Source: Eledone cirrhosa
Lineage: Eukaryota
DNA length: 64,000 bases
Reading direction: 5' to 3'
Assembly (NCBI GenBank): GCA_964016885.1
Contig: OZ024743.1
Location: 186,372,001 to 186,436,000, forward strand
A program made the translations under genes and the position numbers. The stretch's first letter is position 1, and every line of letters begins with the position of its first letter. Shown piece after piece: positions 27,201-42,700 of this stretch. The notes under the pieces are model-generated. The model did not search any database and was not told the origin of the DNA. It saw only the letters and a program-made list of their open reading frames with translations.

Positions 27201-30200
27201 TCCTAAGTCAGCTCTAACTACTATATCTATAACATAGTATAACAGTAATAATTGATGGTAGTGTTTCACTCCTAAGTCAGCTCTAACTATTATATCTATA
27301 ACATAGTATAACAGTAATAATTGATGGTAGTGTTTCACTCCTAAGTCAGCTCTAACTATTATATCTATAACATAGTATAACAGTAATAAATGATGGTAGT
27401 GTTTCACTCCTAAGTCAGCTCTAACTATTATATCTATAACATAGTATAACAGTAATAATTGATGGTAGTGTTTCACTCCTAAGTCAGCTCTAACTATTAT
27501 ATCTTTAACATAGTATAACAGTAATAATTGATGGTAGTGTTTCACTCCTAAGTCAGCTCTAACTATTATATCTATAACATAGTATATCAGTAATAATTGA
27601 TGGTAGTGTTTCACTCCTAAGTCAGCTCTAACTACTATATCTATAACATAGTATAACAGTAATAATTGATGGTAGTGTTTCACTCCTAAGTCAGCTCTAA
27701 CTACTATATCTATAACATAGTATAACAGTAATAATTGATGGTAGTGTTTCACTCCTAAGTCAGCTCTAACTATTATATCTATAACATAGTATAACAGTAA
27801 TAATTGATGGTAGTGTTTCACTCCTAAGTCAGCTCTAACTATTATATCTATAACATAGTATAACAGTAATAAATGATGGTAGTGTTTCACTCGTAAGTCA
27901 GCTCTAACTATTATATCTATAACATAGTATAACTGTAATAATTGATGGTAGTGTTTCACTCCTAAGTCAGCTCTAACTATTATATCTATAACATAGTATA
28001 ACAGTAATAATTGATGGTAGTGTTTCACTCCTAAGTCAGCTCTAACTATTATATCTATAACATAGTATAACAGTAATAATTGATGGTAGTGTTTCACTCC
28101 TAAGACAGCTCTAACTATTATATCTATAACATAGTATAACAGTAATAAATGATGGTAGTGTTTCACTCCTAAGTCAGCTCTAACTACTATATCTATAACA
28201 TAGTATAACAGTAATAATTGATGGTAGTGTTTCACTCCTAAGTCAGCTCTAACTACTATATCTATAACATAGTATAACAGTAATAATTGATGGTAGTGTT
28301 TCACTCCTAGGTCAGCTCTGATTACTATATCTATAACATAGTATAACAGTAATAATTGATGGAAGTGTTTCACTCCTAGGTCAGCTATAACTACTATATC
28401 TATAACATAGTATAACAGTAGTAATTGATGGTAGTGTTTCACTCATAAGTCAGCTCTGACTACTATATCTATAACATAGTATAACAGTAATAATTGATGG
28501 AAGTGTTTCACTCCTAAGTCAGCTCTAACTACTATATCTATAACATAGTATAACAGTAATAATTGATGGTAGTGTTTCACTCCTAAGTCAGCTCTAACTA
28601 CTATATCTATAACACAGTGTAACAGTAATAATTGATGGTAGTGTTTCACTCCTAGGTCAGCTCTAACTACTATATCTATAACATAGTATAACAGTAATAA
28701 TTGATGGTAGTGTTTCACTCCTAGGTCAGCTCTATCTACTATATCTATAACATAGTATAAAAGTAATGATTGATGGTAGTGTTTCACTCCTAAGTCAACT
28801 CTAACTACTATATCTATAACATAGTACAACAGTAATAATTGATGGTAGTGTTTCACTCCTAGGTCATCTGTGACTACTATATCTATAACATAGTATAACA
28901 GTAATAATTGATGGTAGTGTTTCACTCATAAGTCAGCTCTGACTATTATATCTATAACATAATATAACAGTAATAATTGATGGTAGTGTTTCACTCCTAA
29001 GTCAGCTCTGACTACTATATCTATAACATAATATAACAGTAATAATTGATGGTAGTGTTTCACTCCTAGGTCAGCTCTGACTACCATATCTATAACATAG
29101 TATAACAGTAATAATTGATGGTAGTGTTTCACTCCTACGTCAACTCTAACTCCTATATCTATAACATAGTATAACAGTAATAATTGATGGTAGTGTTTCA
29201 TTCCTAAGTCAGCTCTGACTACTATATCTATAACATAGTATAAGAGTAATAATTGATGGTAGTGTTTCACTCGTACATCAGCTCTTATTATATCTATAAC
29301 ATAGTATAACAGTAATAATTGATGGTAGTGTTTCACTCGTACATCAGCTCTTATTATATCTATAACATAGTATACCAGTAATAATCGATGGTAGTGTTTC
29401 ACTACTAAGTCAGCTCTGATTACTATATCTATAACATAGTATAACAGTAATAATCGATGGTAGTGTTTCACTCCTAGATCAGCTCTGACTACTATATCTA
29501 TAACATAGTATAACAGTAATAATTGATGGTAGTGTTTCACTCCTAAGTCAGCTCTAACTACTATATCTATAACATAGTATAACAGTAATAATTGATGGAA
29601 GTGTTTCACTCCTAAGTCAGCTCTAACTACTATATCTATAACATAGTATAACAGTAATAATTGATGGTAGTGTTTCACTGCTAAGTCAGCTCTAACTACT
29701 ATATCTATAACATAGTATAACAGTAACAATTGATGGTAGTGTTTCACTCCTGTCAGCTCTGACTACTATATCTATAACATAGTATAACAGTACATACTGA
29801 TGGTAGTGCTTCACTCCTAAGTCAGCTCTAACTACTATATCTATAACATAGTATAACAGTAATAATTAATGGTAGTGTTTCATCCTAAGTCAGCTCTAAC
29901 TACTATATCTATAACATAGTATAACAGTAATAATTGATGGTAGTGTTTCACTTCTAGGTCAGCTCTTACTACTATATCTATAACATAGTATAACAGTAAT
30001 AATTGATGTTAGTATTTCACTCCTAGGTCAGCTCTAACTACTATATCTATAACAAAGTATAACAGTAATTATTTGATGGTAGTGTTTCACTCCTAAGTCA
30101 GCTCTAACTACTATATCTATAACATAGTATAACAGTAATAATTGATGGAAGTGTTTCACTCCTAGGTCATCTGTGACTACTATATCTATAACATAGTATA

Positions 30201-33200
30201 ACAGTAATAATTGATGGTAGTATTACACTCCTAGGTCATCTCCAACTACTATATCTATAACATAGTATAACAGTAATAATTGATGGTAGTGTTTCACTCC
30301 TAAGTCAGCTCTAACTACTATATCTATAACATAGTATAACAGTAATAATTGATGGTAGTGTTTCACTCCTAAGTCAGCTCTAACTATTATATCTATAACA
30401 TAGTATAACAGTAATAATTGATGGTAGTGTTTCACTCCTAAGTCAGCTCTAACTATTATATCTATAACATAGTATAACAGTAATAAATGATGGTAGTGTT
30501 TCACTCCTAAGTCAGCTCTAACTATTATATCTATAACATAGTATAACAGTAATAATTGATGGTAGTGTTTCACTCCTAAGTCAGCTCTAACTATTATATC
30601 TTTAACATAGTATAACAGTAATAATTGATGGTAGTGTTTCACTCCTAAGTCAGCTCTAACTATTATATCTATAACATAGTATATCAGTAATAATTGATGG
30701 TAGTGTTTCACTCCTAAGTCAGCTCTAACTACTATATCTATAACATAGTATAACAGTAATAATTGATGGTAGTGTTTCACTCCTAAGTCAGCTCTAACTA
30801 CTATATCTATAACATAGTATAACAGTAATAATTGATGGTAGTGTTTCACTCCTAAGTCAGCTCTAACTATTATATCTATAACATAGTATAACAGTAATAA
30901 TTGATGGTAGTGTTTCACTCCTAAGTCAGCTCTAACTATTATATCTATAACATAGTATAACAGTAATAAATGATGGTAGTGTTTCACTCGTAAGTCAGCT
31001 CTAACTATTATATCTATAACATAGTATAACTGTAATAATTGATGGTAGTGTTTCACTCCTAAGTCAGCTCTAACTATTATATCTATAACATAGTATAACA
31101 GTAATAATTGATGGTAGTGTTTCACTCCTAAGTCAGCTCTAACTATTATATCTATAACATAGTATAACAGTAATAATTGATGGTAGTGTTTCACTCCTAA
31201 GACAGCTCTAACTATTATATCTATAACATAGTATAACAGTAATAAATGATGGTAGTGTTTCACTCCTAAGTCAGCTCTAACTACTATATCTATAACATAG
31301 TATAACAGTAATAATTGATGGTAGTGTTTCACTCCTAAGTCAGCTCTAACTACTATATCTATAACATAGTATAACAGTAATAATTGATGGTAGTGTTTCA
31401 CTCCTAGGTCAGCTCTGATTACTATATCTATAACATAGTATAACAGTAATAATTGATGGAAGTGTTTCACTCCTAGGTCAGCTATAACTACTATATCTAT
31501 AACATAGTATAACAGTAGTAATTGATGGTAGTGTTTCACTCATAAGTCAGCTCTGACTACTATATCTATAACATAGTATAACAGTAATAATTGATGGAAG
31601 TGTTTCACTCCTAAGTCAGCTCTAACTACTATATCTATAACATAGTATAACAGTAATAATTGATGGTAGTGTTTCACTCCTAAGTCAGCTCTAACTACTA
31701 TATCTATAACACAGTGTAACAGTAATAATTGATGGTAGTGTTTCACTCCTAGGTCAGCTCTAACTACTATATCTATAACATAGTATAACAGTAATAATTG
31801 ATGGTAGTGTTTCACTCCTAGGTCAGCTCTATCTACTATATCTATAACATAGTATAAAAGTAATGATTGATGGTAGTGTTTCACTCCTAAGTCAACTCTA
31901 ACTACTATATCTATAACATAGTACAACAGTAATAATTGATGGTAGTGTTTCACTCCTAGGTCATCTGTGACTACTATATCTATAACATAGTATAACAGTA
32001 ATAATTGATGGTAGTGTTTCACTCATAAGTCAGCTCTGACTATTATATCTATAACATAATATAACAGTAATAATTGATGGTAGTGTTTCACTCCTAAGTC
32101 AGCTCTGACTACTATATCTATAACATAATATAACAGTAATAATTGATGGTAGTGTTTCACTCCTAGGTCAGCTCTGACTACCATATCTATAACATAGTAT
32201 AACAGTAATAATTGATGGTAGTGTTTCACTCCTACGTCAACTCTAACTCCTATATCTATAACATAGTATAACAGTAATAATTGATGGTAGTGTTTCATTC
32301 CTAAGTCAGCTCTGACTACTATATCTATAACATAGTATAAGAGTAATAATTGATGGTAGTGTTTCACTCGTACATCAGCTCTTATTATATCTATAACATA
32401 GTATAACAGTAATAATTGATGGTAGTGTTTCACTCGTACATCAGCTCTTATTATATCTATAACATAGTATACCAGTAATAATCGATGGTAGTGTTTCACT
32501 ACTAAGTCAGCTCTGATTACTATATCTATAACATAGTATAACAGTAATAATCGATGGTAGTGTTTCACTCCTAGATCAGCTCTGACTACTATATCTATAA
32601 CATAGTATAACAGTAATAATTGATGGTAGTGTTTCACTCCTAAGTCAGCTCTAACTACTATATCTATAACATAGTATAACAGTAATAATTGATGGAAGTG
32701 TTTCACTCCTAAGTCAGCTCTAACTACTATATCTATAACATAGTATAACAGTAATAATTGATGGTAGTGTTTCACTGCTAAGTCAGCTCTAACTACTATA
32801 TCTATAACATAGTATAACAGTAACAATTGATGGTAGTGTTTCACTCCTGTCAGCTCTGACTACTATATCTATAACATAGTATAACAGTACATACTGATGG
32901 TAGTGCTTCACTCCTAAGTCAGCTCTAACTACTATATCTATAACATAGTATAACAGTAATAATTAATGGTAGTGTTTCATCCTAAGTCAGCTCTAACTAC
33001 TATATCTATAACATAGTATAACAGTAATAATTGATGGTAGTGTTTCACTTCTAGGTCAGCTCTTACTACTATATCTATAACATAGTATTACAGTAATAAT
33101 TGATGTTAGTATTTCACTCCTAGGTCAGCTCTAACTACTATATCTATAACAAAGTATAACAGTAATTATTTGATGGTAGTGTTTCACTCCTAAGTCAGCT

Positions 33201-36200
33201 CTAACTACTATATCTATAACATAGTATAACAGTAATAATTGATGGTAGTGTTTCACTCCTAAGTCAGCTCTAACTATTATATCTATAACATAGTATAACA
33301 GTAATAATTGATGGTAGTGTTTCACTCCTAAGTCAGCTCTAACTATTATATCTATAACATAGTATAACAGTAATAAATGATGGTAGTGTTTCACTCCTAA
33401 GTCAGCTCTAACTATTATATCTATAACATAGTATAACAGTAATAATTGATGGTAGTGTTTCACTCCTAAGTCAGCTCTAACTATTATATCTTTAACATAG
33501 TATAACAGTAATAATTGATGGTAGTGTTTCACTCCTAAGTCAGCTCTAACTATTATATCTATAACATAGTATATCAGTAATAATTGATGGTAGTGTTTCA
33601 CTCCTACGTCAGCTCTAACTACTATATCTATAACATAGTATAACAGTAATAATTGATGGTAGTGTTTCACTCCTAAGTCAGCTCTAACTACTATATCTAT
33701 AACATAGTATAACAGTAATAATTGATGGTAGTGTTTCACTCCTAAGTCAGCTCTAACTATTATATCTATAACATAGTATAACAGTAATAATTGATGGTAG
33801 TGTTTCACTCCTAAGTCAGCTCTAACTATTATATCTATAACATAGTATAACAGTAATAAATGATGGTAGTGTTTCACTCGTAAGTCAGCTCTAACTATTA
33901 TATCTATAACATAGTATAACTGTAATAATTGATGGTAGTGTTTCACTCCTAAGTCAGCTCTAACTATTATATCTTTAACATAGTATAACAGTAATAATTG
34001 ATGGTAGTGTTTCACTCCTAAGTCAGCTCTAACTATTATATCTATAACATAGTATATCAGTAATAATTGATGGTAGTGTTTCACTCCTAAGTCAGCTCTA
34101 ACTACTATATCTATAACATAGTATAACAGTAATAATTGATGGTAGTGTTTCACTCCTAAGTCAGCTCTAACTACTATATCTATAACATAGTATAACAGTA
34201 ATAATTGATGGTAGTGTTTCACTCCTAAGTCAGCTCTAACTATTATATCTATAACATAGTATAACAGTAATAATTGATGGTAGTGTTTCACTCCTAAGTC
34301 AGCTCTAACTATTATATCTATAACATAGTATAACAGTAATAAATGATGGTAGTGTTTCACTCGTAAGTCAGCTCTAACTATTATATCTATAACATAGTAT
34401 AACTGTAATAATTGATGGTAGTGTTTCACTCCTAAGTCAGCTCTAACTATTATATCTATAACATAGTATAACAGTAATAATTGATGGTAGTGTTTCACTC
34501 CTAAGTCAGCTCTAACTATTATATCTATAACATAGTATAACAGTAATAATTGATGGTAGTGTTTCACTCCTAAGACAGCTCTAACTATTATATCTATAAC
34601 ATAGTATAACAGTAATAAATGATGGTAGTGTTTCACTCCTAAGTCAGCTCTAACTACTATATCTATAACATAGTATAACAGTAATAATTGATGGTAGTGT
34701 TTCACTCCTAAGTCAGCTCTAACTACTATATCTATAACATAGTATAACAGTAATAATTGATGGTAGTGTTTCACTCCTAGGTCAGCTCTGATTACTATAT
34801 CTATAACATAGTATAACAGTAATAATTGATGGAAGTGTTTCACTCCTAGGTCAGCTATAACTACTATATCTATAACATAGTATAACAGTAGTAATTGATG
34901 GTAGTGTTTCACTCATAAGTCAGCTCTGACTACTATATCTATAATATAGTATAACAGTAATAATTGATGGAAGTGTTTCACTCCTAAGTCAGCTCTAACT
35001 ACTATATCTATAACATAGTATAACAGTAATAATTGATGGTAGTGTTTCACTCCTAAGTCAGCTCTAACTACTATATCTATAACACAGTGTAACAGTAATA
35101 ATTGATGGTAGTGTTTCACTCCTAGGTCAGCTCTAACTACTATATCTATAACATAGTATAACAGTAATAATTGATGGTAGTGTTTCACTCCTAGGTCAGC
35201 TCTATCTACTATATCTATAACATAGTATAAAAGTAATGATTGATGGTAGTGTTTCACTCCTAAGTCAACTCTAACTACTATATCTATAACATAGTACAAC
35301 AGTAATAATTGATGGTAGTGTTTCACTCCTAGGTCATCTGTGACTACTATATCTATAACATAGTATAACAGTAATAATTGATGGTAGTGTTTCACTCATA
35401 AGTCAGCTCTGACTATTATATCTATAACATAATATAACAGTAATAATTGATGGTAGTGTTTCACTCCTAAGTCAGCTCTGACTACTATATCTATAACATA
35501 ATATAACAGTAATAATTGATGGTAGTGTTTCACTCCTAGGTCAGCTCTGACTACCATATCTATAACATAGTATAACAGTAATAATTGATGGTAGTGTTTC
35601 ACTCCTACGTCAACTCTAACTCCTATATCTATAACATAGTATAACAGTAATAATTGATGGTAGTGTTTCATTCCTAAGTCAGCTCTGACTACTATATCTA
35701 TAACATAGTATAAGAGTAATAATTGATGGTAGTGTTTCACTCGTACATCAGCTCTTATTATATCTATAACATAGTATAACAGTAATAATTGATGGTAGTG
35801 TTTCACTCGTACATCAGCTCTTATTATATCTATAACATAGTATACCAGTAATAATCGATGGTAGTGTTTCACTACTAAGTCAGCTCTGATTACTATATCT
35901 ATAACATAGTATAACAGTAATAATCGATGGTAGTGTTTCACTCCTAGATCAGCTCTGACTACTATATCTATAACATAGTATAACAGTAATAATTGATGGT
36001 AGTGTTTCACTCCTAAGTCAGCTCTAACTACTATATCTATAACATAGTATAACAGTAATAATTGATGGAAGTGTTTCACTCCTAAGTCAGCTCTAACTAC
36101 TATATCTATAACATAGTATAACAGTAATAATTGATGGTAGTGTTTCACTGCTAAGTCAGCTCTAACTACTATATCTATAACATAGTATAACAGTAACAAT

Positions 36201-36700
36201 TGATGGTAGTGTTTCACTCCTGTCAGCTCTGACTACTATATCTATAACATAGTATAACAGTACATACTGATGGTAGTGCTTCACTCCTAAGTCAGCTCTA
36301 ACTACTATATCTATAACATAGTATAACAGTAATAATTAATGGTAGTGTTTCATCCTAAGTCAGCTCTAACTACTATATCTATAACATAGTATAACAGTAA
36401 TAATTGATGGTAGTGTTTCACTTCTAGGTCAGCTCTTACTACTATATCTATAACATAGTATAACAGTAATAATTGATGTTAGTATTTCACTCCTAGGTCA
36501 GCTCTAACTACTATATCTATAACAAAGTATAACAGTAATTATTTGATGGTAGTGTTTCACTCCTAAGTCAGCTCTAACTACTATATCTATAACATAGTAT
36601 AACAGTAATAATTGATGGAAGTGTTTCACTCCTAGGTCATCTGTGACTACTATATCTATAACATAGTATAACAGTAATAATTGATGGTAGTATTACACTC
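12270..36700. repeat. Central HOR subfamily A: ~8 higher-order repeat units of 38-56 monomers (a 45-mer of 3,097 bp is representative)
   Basis: Each unit has two 66-bp monomers (CAGCTCTTATTATA, AAC deleted), a 2-bp deletion (CACTCCTGTCAG), a 1-bp deletion (TTTCATCCTAAG) and usually a +1 insertion (AATTATTTGATG). ORF ends adjacent to the 2-bp deletion fall at 13855, 16469, 19700, 22864, 26720, 29747, 32844, 36217. Spacings of 2614, 3231, 3164, 3856, 3027, 3097, 3373 equal 38, 47, 46, 56, 44, 45, 49 monomers minus the visible indels. Confidence 0.9.
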
Positions 36701-39700
36701 CTAGGTCATCTCCAACTACTATATCTATAACATAGTATAACAGTAATAATTGATGGTAGTGTTTCACTCCTAAGTCAGCTCTAACTACTATATCTATAAC
36801 ATAGTATAACAGTAATAATTGATGGTAGTGTTTCACTCCTAAGTCAGCTCTAACTATTATATCTATAACATAGTATAACAGTAATAATTGATGGTAGTGT
36901 TTCACTCCTAAGTCAGCTCTAACTATTATATCTATAACATAGTATAACAGTAATAAATGATGGTAGTGTTTCACTCCTAAGTCAGCTCTAACTATTATAT
37001 CTATAACATAGTATAACAGTAATAATTGATGGTAGTGTTTCACTCCTAAGTCAGCTCTAACTATTATATCTTTAACATAGTATAACAGTAATAATTGATG
37101 GTAGTGTTTCACTCCTAAGTCAGCTCTAACTATTATATCTATAACATAGTATATCAGTAATAATTGATGGTAGTGTTTCACTCCTAAGTCAGCTCTAACT
37201 ACTATATCTATACCATAGTATAACAGTAATAATTGATGGTAGTGTTTCACTCCTAAGTCAGCTCTAACTATTATATCTATAACGTAGTATAACAGTAATA
37301 ATTGATGGTAGTGTTTCACTCATAAGTCAGCTCTAACTATTATATCTATAACATAGTATAACAGTAATAAATGATGGTAGTGTTTCACTCGTAAGTCAGC
37401 TCTAACTATTATATCTATAACATAGTATAACTGTAATAATTGATGGTAGTGTTTCACTCCTAAGTCAGCTCTAACTATTATATCTATAACATAGTATAAC
37501 AGTAATAATTGATGGTAGTGTTTCACTCCTAAGTCAGCTCTAACTATTATATCTATAACATAGTATAACAGTAATAATTGATGGTAGTGTTTCACTCCTA
37601 AGACAGCTCTAACTATTATATCTATAACATAGTATAACAGTAATAAATGATGGTAGTGTTTCACTCCTAAGTCAGCTCTAACTACTATATCTATAACATA
37701 GTATAACAGTAATAATTGATGGTAGTGTTTCACTCCTAAGTCAGCTCTAACTACTATATCTATAACATAGTATAACAGTAATAATTGATGGTAGTGTTTC
37801 ACTCCTAGGTCAGCTCTGATTACTATATCTATAACATAGTATAACAGTAATAATTGATGGAAGTGTTTCACTCCTAGGTCAGCTATAACTACTATATCTA
37901 TAACATAGTATAACAGTAATAATTGATGGTAGTGTTTCACTCCTAAGTCAGCTCTAACTACTATATCTATAACATAGTATAACAGTAATAATTGATGGTA
38001 GTGTTTCACTCCTAAGTCAGCTCTAACTACTATATCTATAACATAGTATAACAGTAATAATTGATGGTAGTGTTTCACTCCTAGGTCAGCTCTAACTACT
38101 ATATCTATAACATAGTATAACAGTAATAATTGATGGAAGTGTTTCACTCCTAGGTCAGCTCTAACTACTATATCTATAACATAGTATAACAGTAATAATT
38201 GATGGTAGTGTTTCACTCCTAATTCAGCTCTAACTATTATATCTATAACATAGTATAACAGTAATAATTGATGGTAGTGTTTCACTCCTAAGTCAGCTCT
38301 AACTATTATATATATAACATAGTATAACAGTAATAATTGATGGTAGTGTTTCACTCCTAAGTCAGCTCTAACTACTATATCTATAACACAGTATAACAGT
38401 AATAATTGATGGTAGTGTTTCACTCCTAAGTCAGCTCTAACTATTATATGTATAACATAGTATAACAGTAATAATTGATGGTAGTGTTTCACTCCTAGGT
38501 CAGCTCTAACTACTATATCTATAACATAGTATAACAGTAATAAATGATGGTAGTGTTTCACTCCTAAGTCAGCTCTAACTATTATATCTATAACATAGTA
38601 TAACAGTAATAATTGATGCTAGTGTTTCACTTCTAGGTCAGCTCTTACTACTATATCTATAACATAGTATAACAGTAATAATTGATGGTAGTGCTTCACT
38701 CCTAAGTCAGCTCTGACTACTATATCTATAACATAGTATAACAGTAATAATTGATGGTAGTGTTTCACTCCTAAGTCAGCTCTGACTACTATATCTATAA
38801 CATAGTATAACAGTAATAATTGATGGTAGTGTTTCACTCCTAAGTCAGCTCTGACTACTATATCTATAACATAGTATAACAGTAATAATTGATGGTAGTA
38901 CTTCACTCCTAAGTCAGCTCTGACTACTATATCTATAACATAGTATAACAGTAATAATTGATGGTAGTGTTTCACTCCTAAGTCAGCTCTAACTATTATA
39001 TCTATAACATAGTATAACAGTAATAATTGATGGTAGTGTTTCACTTCTAGGTCAGCTCTTACTACTATATCTATAACATAGTATAACAGTAATAATTGAT
39101 GGTAGTGTTACACTCCTAAGTCAGCTCTGACTACTATATCTATAACATAGTATAACAGTAATAATTTATGGTAGTGTTTCATTCCAAAATCGGCTCTAAC
39201 TACTATATCTATAACATAGTATAACAGTAATAATTTATGGTAGTGTTTCACTCCTATGTCTGCTCTAACTACTATATCTATAACATAGTATAACAGTAAT
39301 AATTGAGGGTAGTGTTTCACTCCTAAATCAGCTCTAACTACTATATCTATAACATAGTATAACAGTAATAATTGATGGTAGTATTACACTCCTAGGTCAG
39401 CTCTAACTACTATATCTATAACATAGTATAACGGTAATAATTGATGGTAGTGTTTCACTCCTAAGTCAGATCTAACTACTATATCTATAACATAGTATAA
39501 CAGTAATAATTGATGGTAGTGTTTCATTCCTAAGTCAGCTCTGACTACTATATCTATAACATAGTATAAGAGTAATAATTGATGGTAGTGTTTCACTCCT
39601 AGGTCAGCTCTGACTACTATATCTATAACATAGTATAACAGTAATAGTTGATGATAGTGTTTCACTCGTAGGTCAGCTCTAACTATTATATCTATAACAT

Positions 39701-42700
39701 AGTATAACAGTAATAATTGATGGTAGTGTTTCACTCGTACATCAGCTCTAACTATTATATCTATAACATAGTATAACAGTAATAATCGATGGTAGTGTTT
39801 CACTAGTAAGTCAGCTCTGATTACTATATCTATAACATAGTATAACAGTAATAATTGATGGTAGTGTTTCACTCCTAGATCAGCTCTGACTACTATATCT
39901 ATAACATAGTATAACAGTAATAATTGATGGTAGTGTTTCACTCCTAAGTCAGCTCTAACTACTATATCTATAACATAGTATAACAGTAATAATTGATGGA
40001 AGTGTTTCACTCCTAAGTCAGCTCTAACTACTATATCTATAACATAGTATAACAGTAATAATTGATGGTAGTGTTTCACTGCTAAGTCAGCTCTAACTAC
40101 TATATCTATAACATAGTATAACAGTAACAATTGATGGTAGTGTTTCACTCCTGTCTGCTCTGACTACTATATCTATAACATAGTATAATAGTACATACTG
40201 ATGGTAGTGCTTCACTCCTAAGTCAGCTCTAACTACTATATCTATAACATAGTATAACAGTAATAATTGATGGTAGTGTTTCATCGTAAGTCAGCTCTAA
40301 CTACTATATCTATAACATAGTATAACAGTAATAATTGATGGTAGTGTTTCACTCCTAAGTCAGCTCTAACTATTATATCTATAACATAGTATAACAGTAA
40401 TAATTGATGGTAGTGTTTCACTCCTAAGTCAGCTCTAACTATTATATCTATAACATAGTATAACAGTAATAAATGATGGTAGTGTTTCACTCGTAAGTCA
40501 GCTCTAACTATTATATCTATAACATAGTATAACTGTAATAATTGATGGTAGTGTTTCACTCCTAAGTCAGCTCTAACTATTATATCTATAACATAGTATA
40601 ACAGTAATAATTGATGGTAGTGTTTCACTCCTAAGTCAGCTCTAACTATTATATCTATAACATAGTATAACAGTAATAATTGATGGTAGTGTTTCACTCC
40701 TAAGTCAGCTCTAACTATTATATCTATAACATAGTATAACAGTAATAAATGATGGTAGTGTTTCACTCCTAAGTCAGCTCTAACTACTATATCTATAACA
40801 TAGTATAACAGTAATAATTGATGGTAGTGTTTCACTCCTAAGACAGCTCTAACTACTATATCTATAACATAGTATAACAGTAATAATTGATGGTAGTGTT
40901 TCACTCCTAGGTCAGCTCTGATTACTATATCTATAACATAGTATAACAGTAATAATTGATGGAAGTGTTTCACTCCTAGGTCAGCTCTAACTACTATATC
41001 TATAACATAGTATAACAGTAATAATTGATGGTAGTGTTTCACTCCTAAGTCAGCTCTAACTACTATATCTATAACATAGTATAACAGTAATAATTGATGG
41101 TAGTGTTTCACTCCTAAGTCAGCTCTAACTACTATATCTATAACATAGTATAACAGTAATAATTGATGGTAGTGTTTCACTCCTAGGTCAGCTCTAACTA
41201 CTATATCTATAACATAGTATAACAGTAATAATTGATGGAAGTGTTTCACTCCTAGGTCAGCTCTAACTACTATATCTATAACATAGTATAACAGTAATAA
41301 TTGATGGTAGTGTTTCACTCCTAATTCAGCTCTAACTATTATATCTATAACATAGTATAACAGTAATAATTGATGGTAGTGTTTCACTCCTAAGTCAGCT
41401 CTAACTATTATATATATAACATAGTATAACAGTAATAATTGATGGTAGTGTTTCACTCCTAAGTCAGCTCTAACTATTATATCTATAACATAGTATAACA
41501 GTAATAATTGATGGTAGTGTTTCACTTCTAGGTCAGCTCTTACTACTATATCTATAACATAGTATAACAGTAATAATTGATGGTAGTGTTACACTCCTAA
41601 GTCAGCTCTGACTACTATATCTATAACATAGTATAACAGTAATAATTTATGGTAGTGTTTCATTCCAAAATCGGCTCTAACTACTATATCTATAACATAG
41701 TATAACAGTAATAATTTATGGTAGTGTTTCACTCCTATGTCTGCTCTAACTACTATATCTATAACATAGTATAACAGTAATAATTGAGGGTAGTGTTTCA
41801 CTCCTAAATCAGCTCTAACTACTATATCTATAACATAGTATAACAGTAATAATTGATGGTAGTATTACACTCCTAGGTCAGCTCTAACTACTATATCTAT
41901 AACATAGTATAACGGTAATAATTGATGGTAGTGTTTCACTCCTAAGTCAGATCTAACTACTATATCTATAACATAGTATAACAGTAATAATTGATGGTAG
42001 TGTTTCATTCCTAAGTCAGCTCTGACTACTATATCTATAACATAGTATAAGAGTAATAATTGATGGTAGTGTTTCACTCCTAGGTCAGCTCTGACTACTA
42101 TATCTATAACATAGTATAACAGTAATAGTTGATGATAGTGTTTCACTCGTAGGTCAGCTCTAACTATTATATCTATAACATAGTATAACAGTAATAATTG
42201 ATGGTAGTGTTTCACTCGTACATCAGCTCTAACTATTATATCTATAACATAGTATAACAGTAATAATCGATGGTAGTGTTTCACTAGTAAGTCAGCTCTG
42301 ATTACTATATCTATAACATAGTATAACAGTAATAATTGATGGTAGTGTTTCACTCCTAGATCAGCTCTGACTACTATATCTATAACATAGTATAACAGTA
42401 ATAATTGATGGTAGTGTTTCACTCCTAAGTCAGCTCTAACTACTATATCTATAACATAGTATAACAGTAATAATTGATGGAAGTGTTTCACTCCTAAGTC
42501 AGCTCTAACTACTATATCTATAACATAGTATAACAGTAATAATTGATGGTAGTGTTTCACTGCTAAGTCAGCTCTAACTACTATATCTATAACATAGTAT
42601 AACAGTAACAATTGATGGTAGTGTTTCACTCCTGTCTGCTCTGACTACTATATCTATAACATAGTATAATAGTACATACTGATGGTAGTGCTTCACTCCT

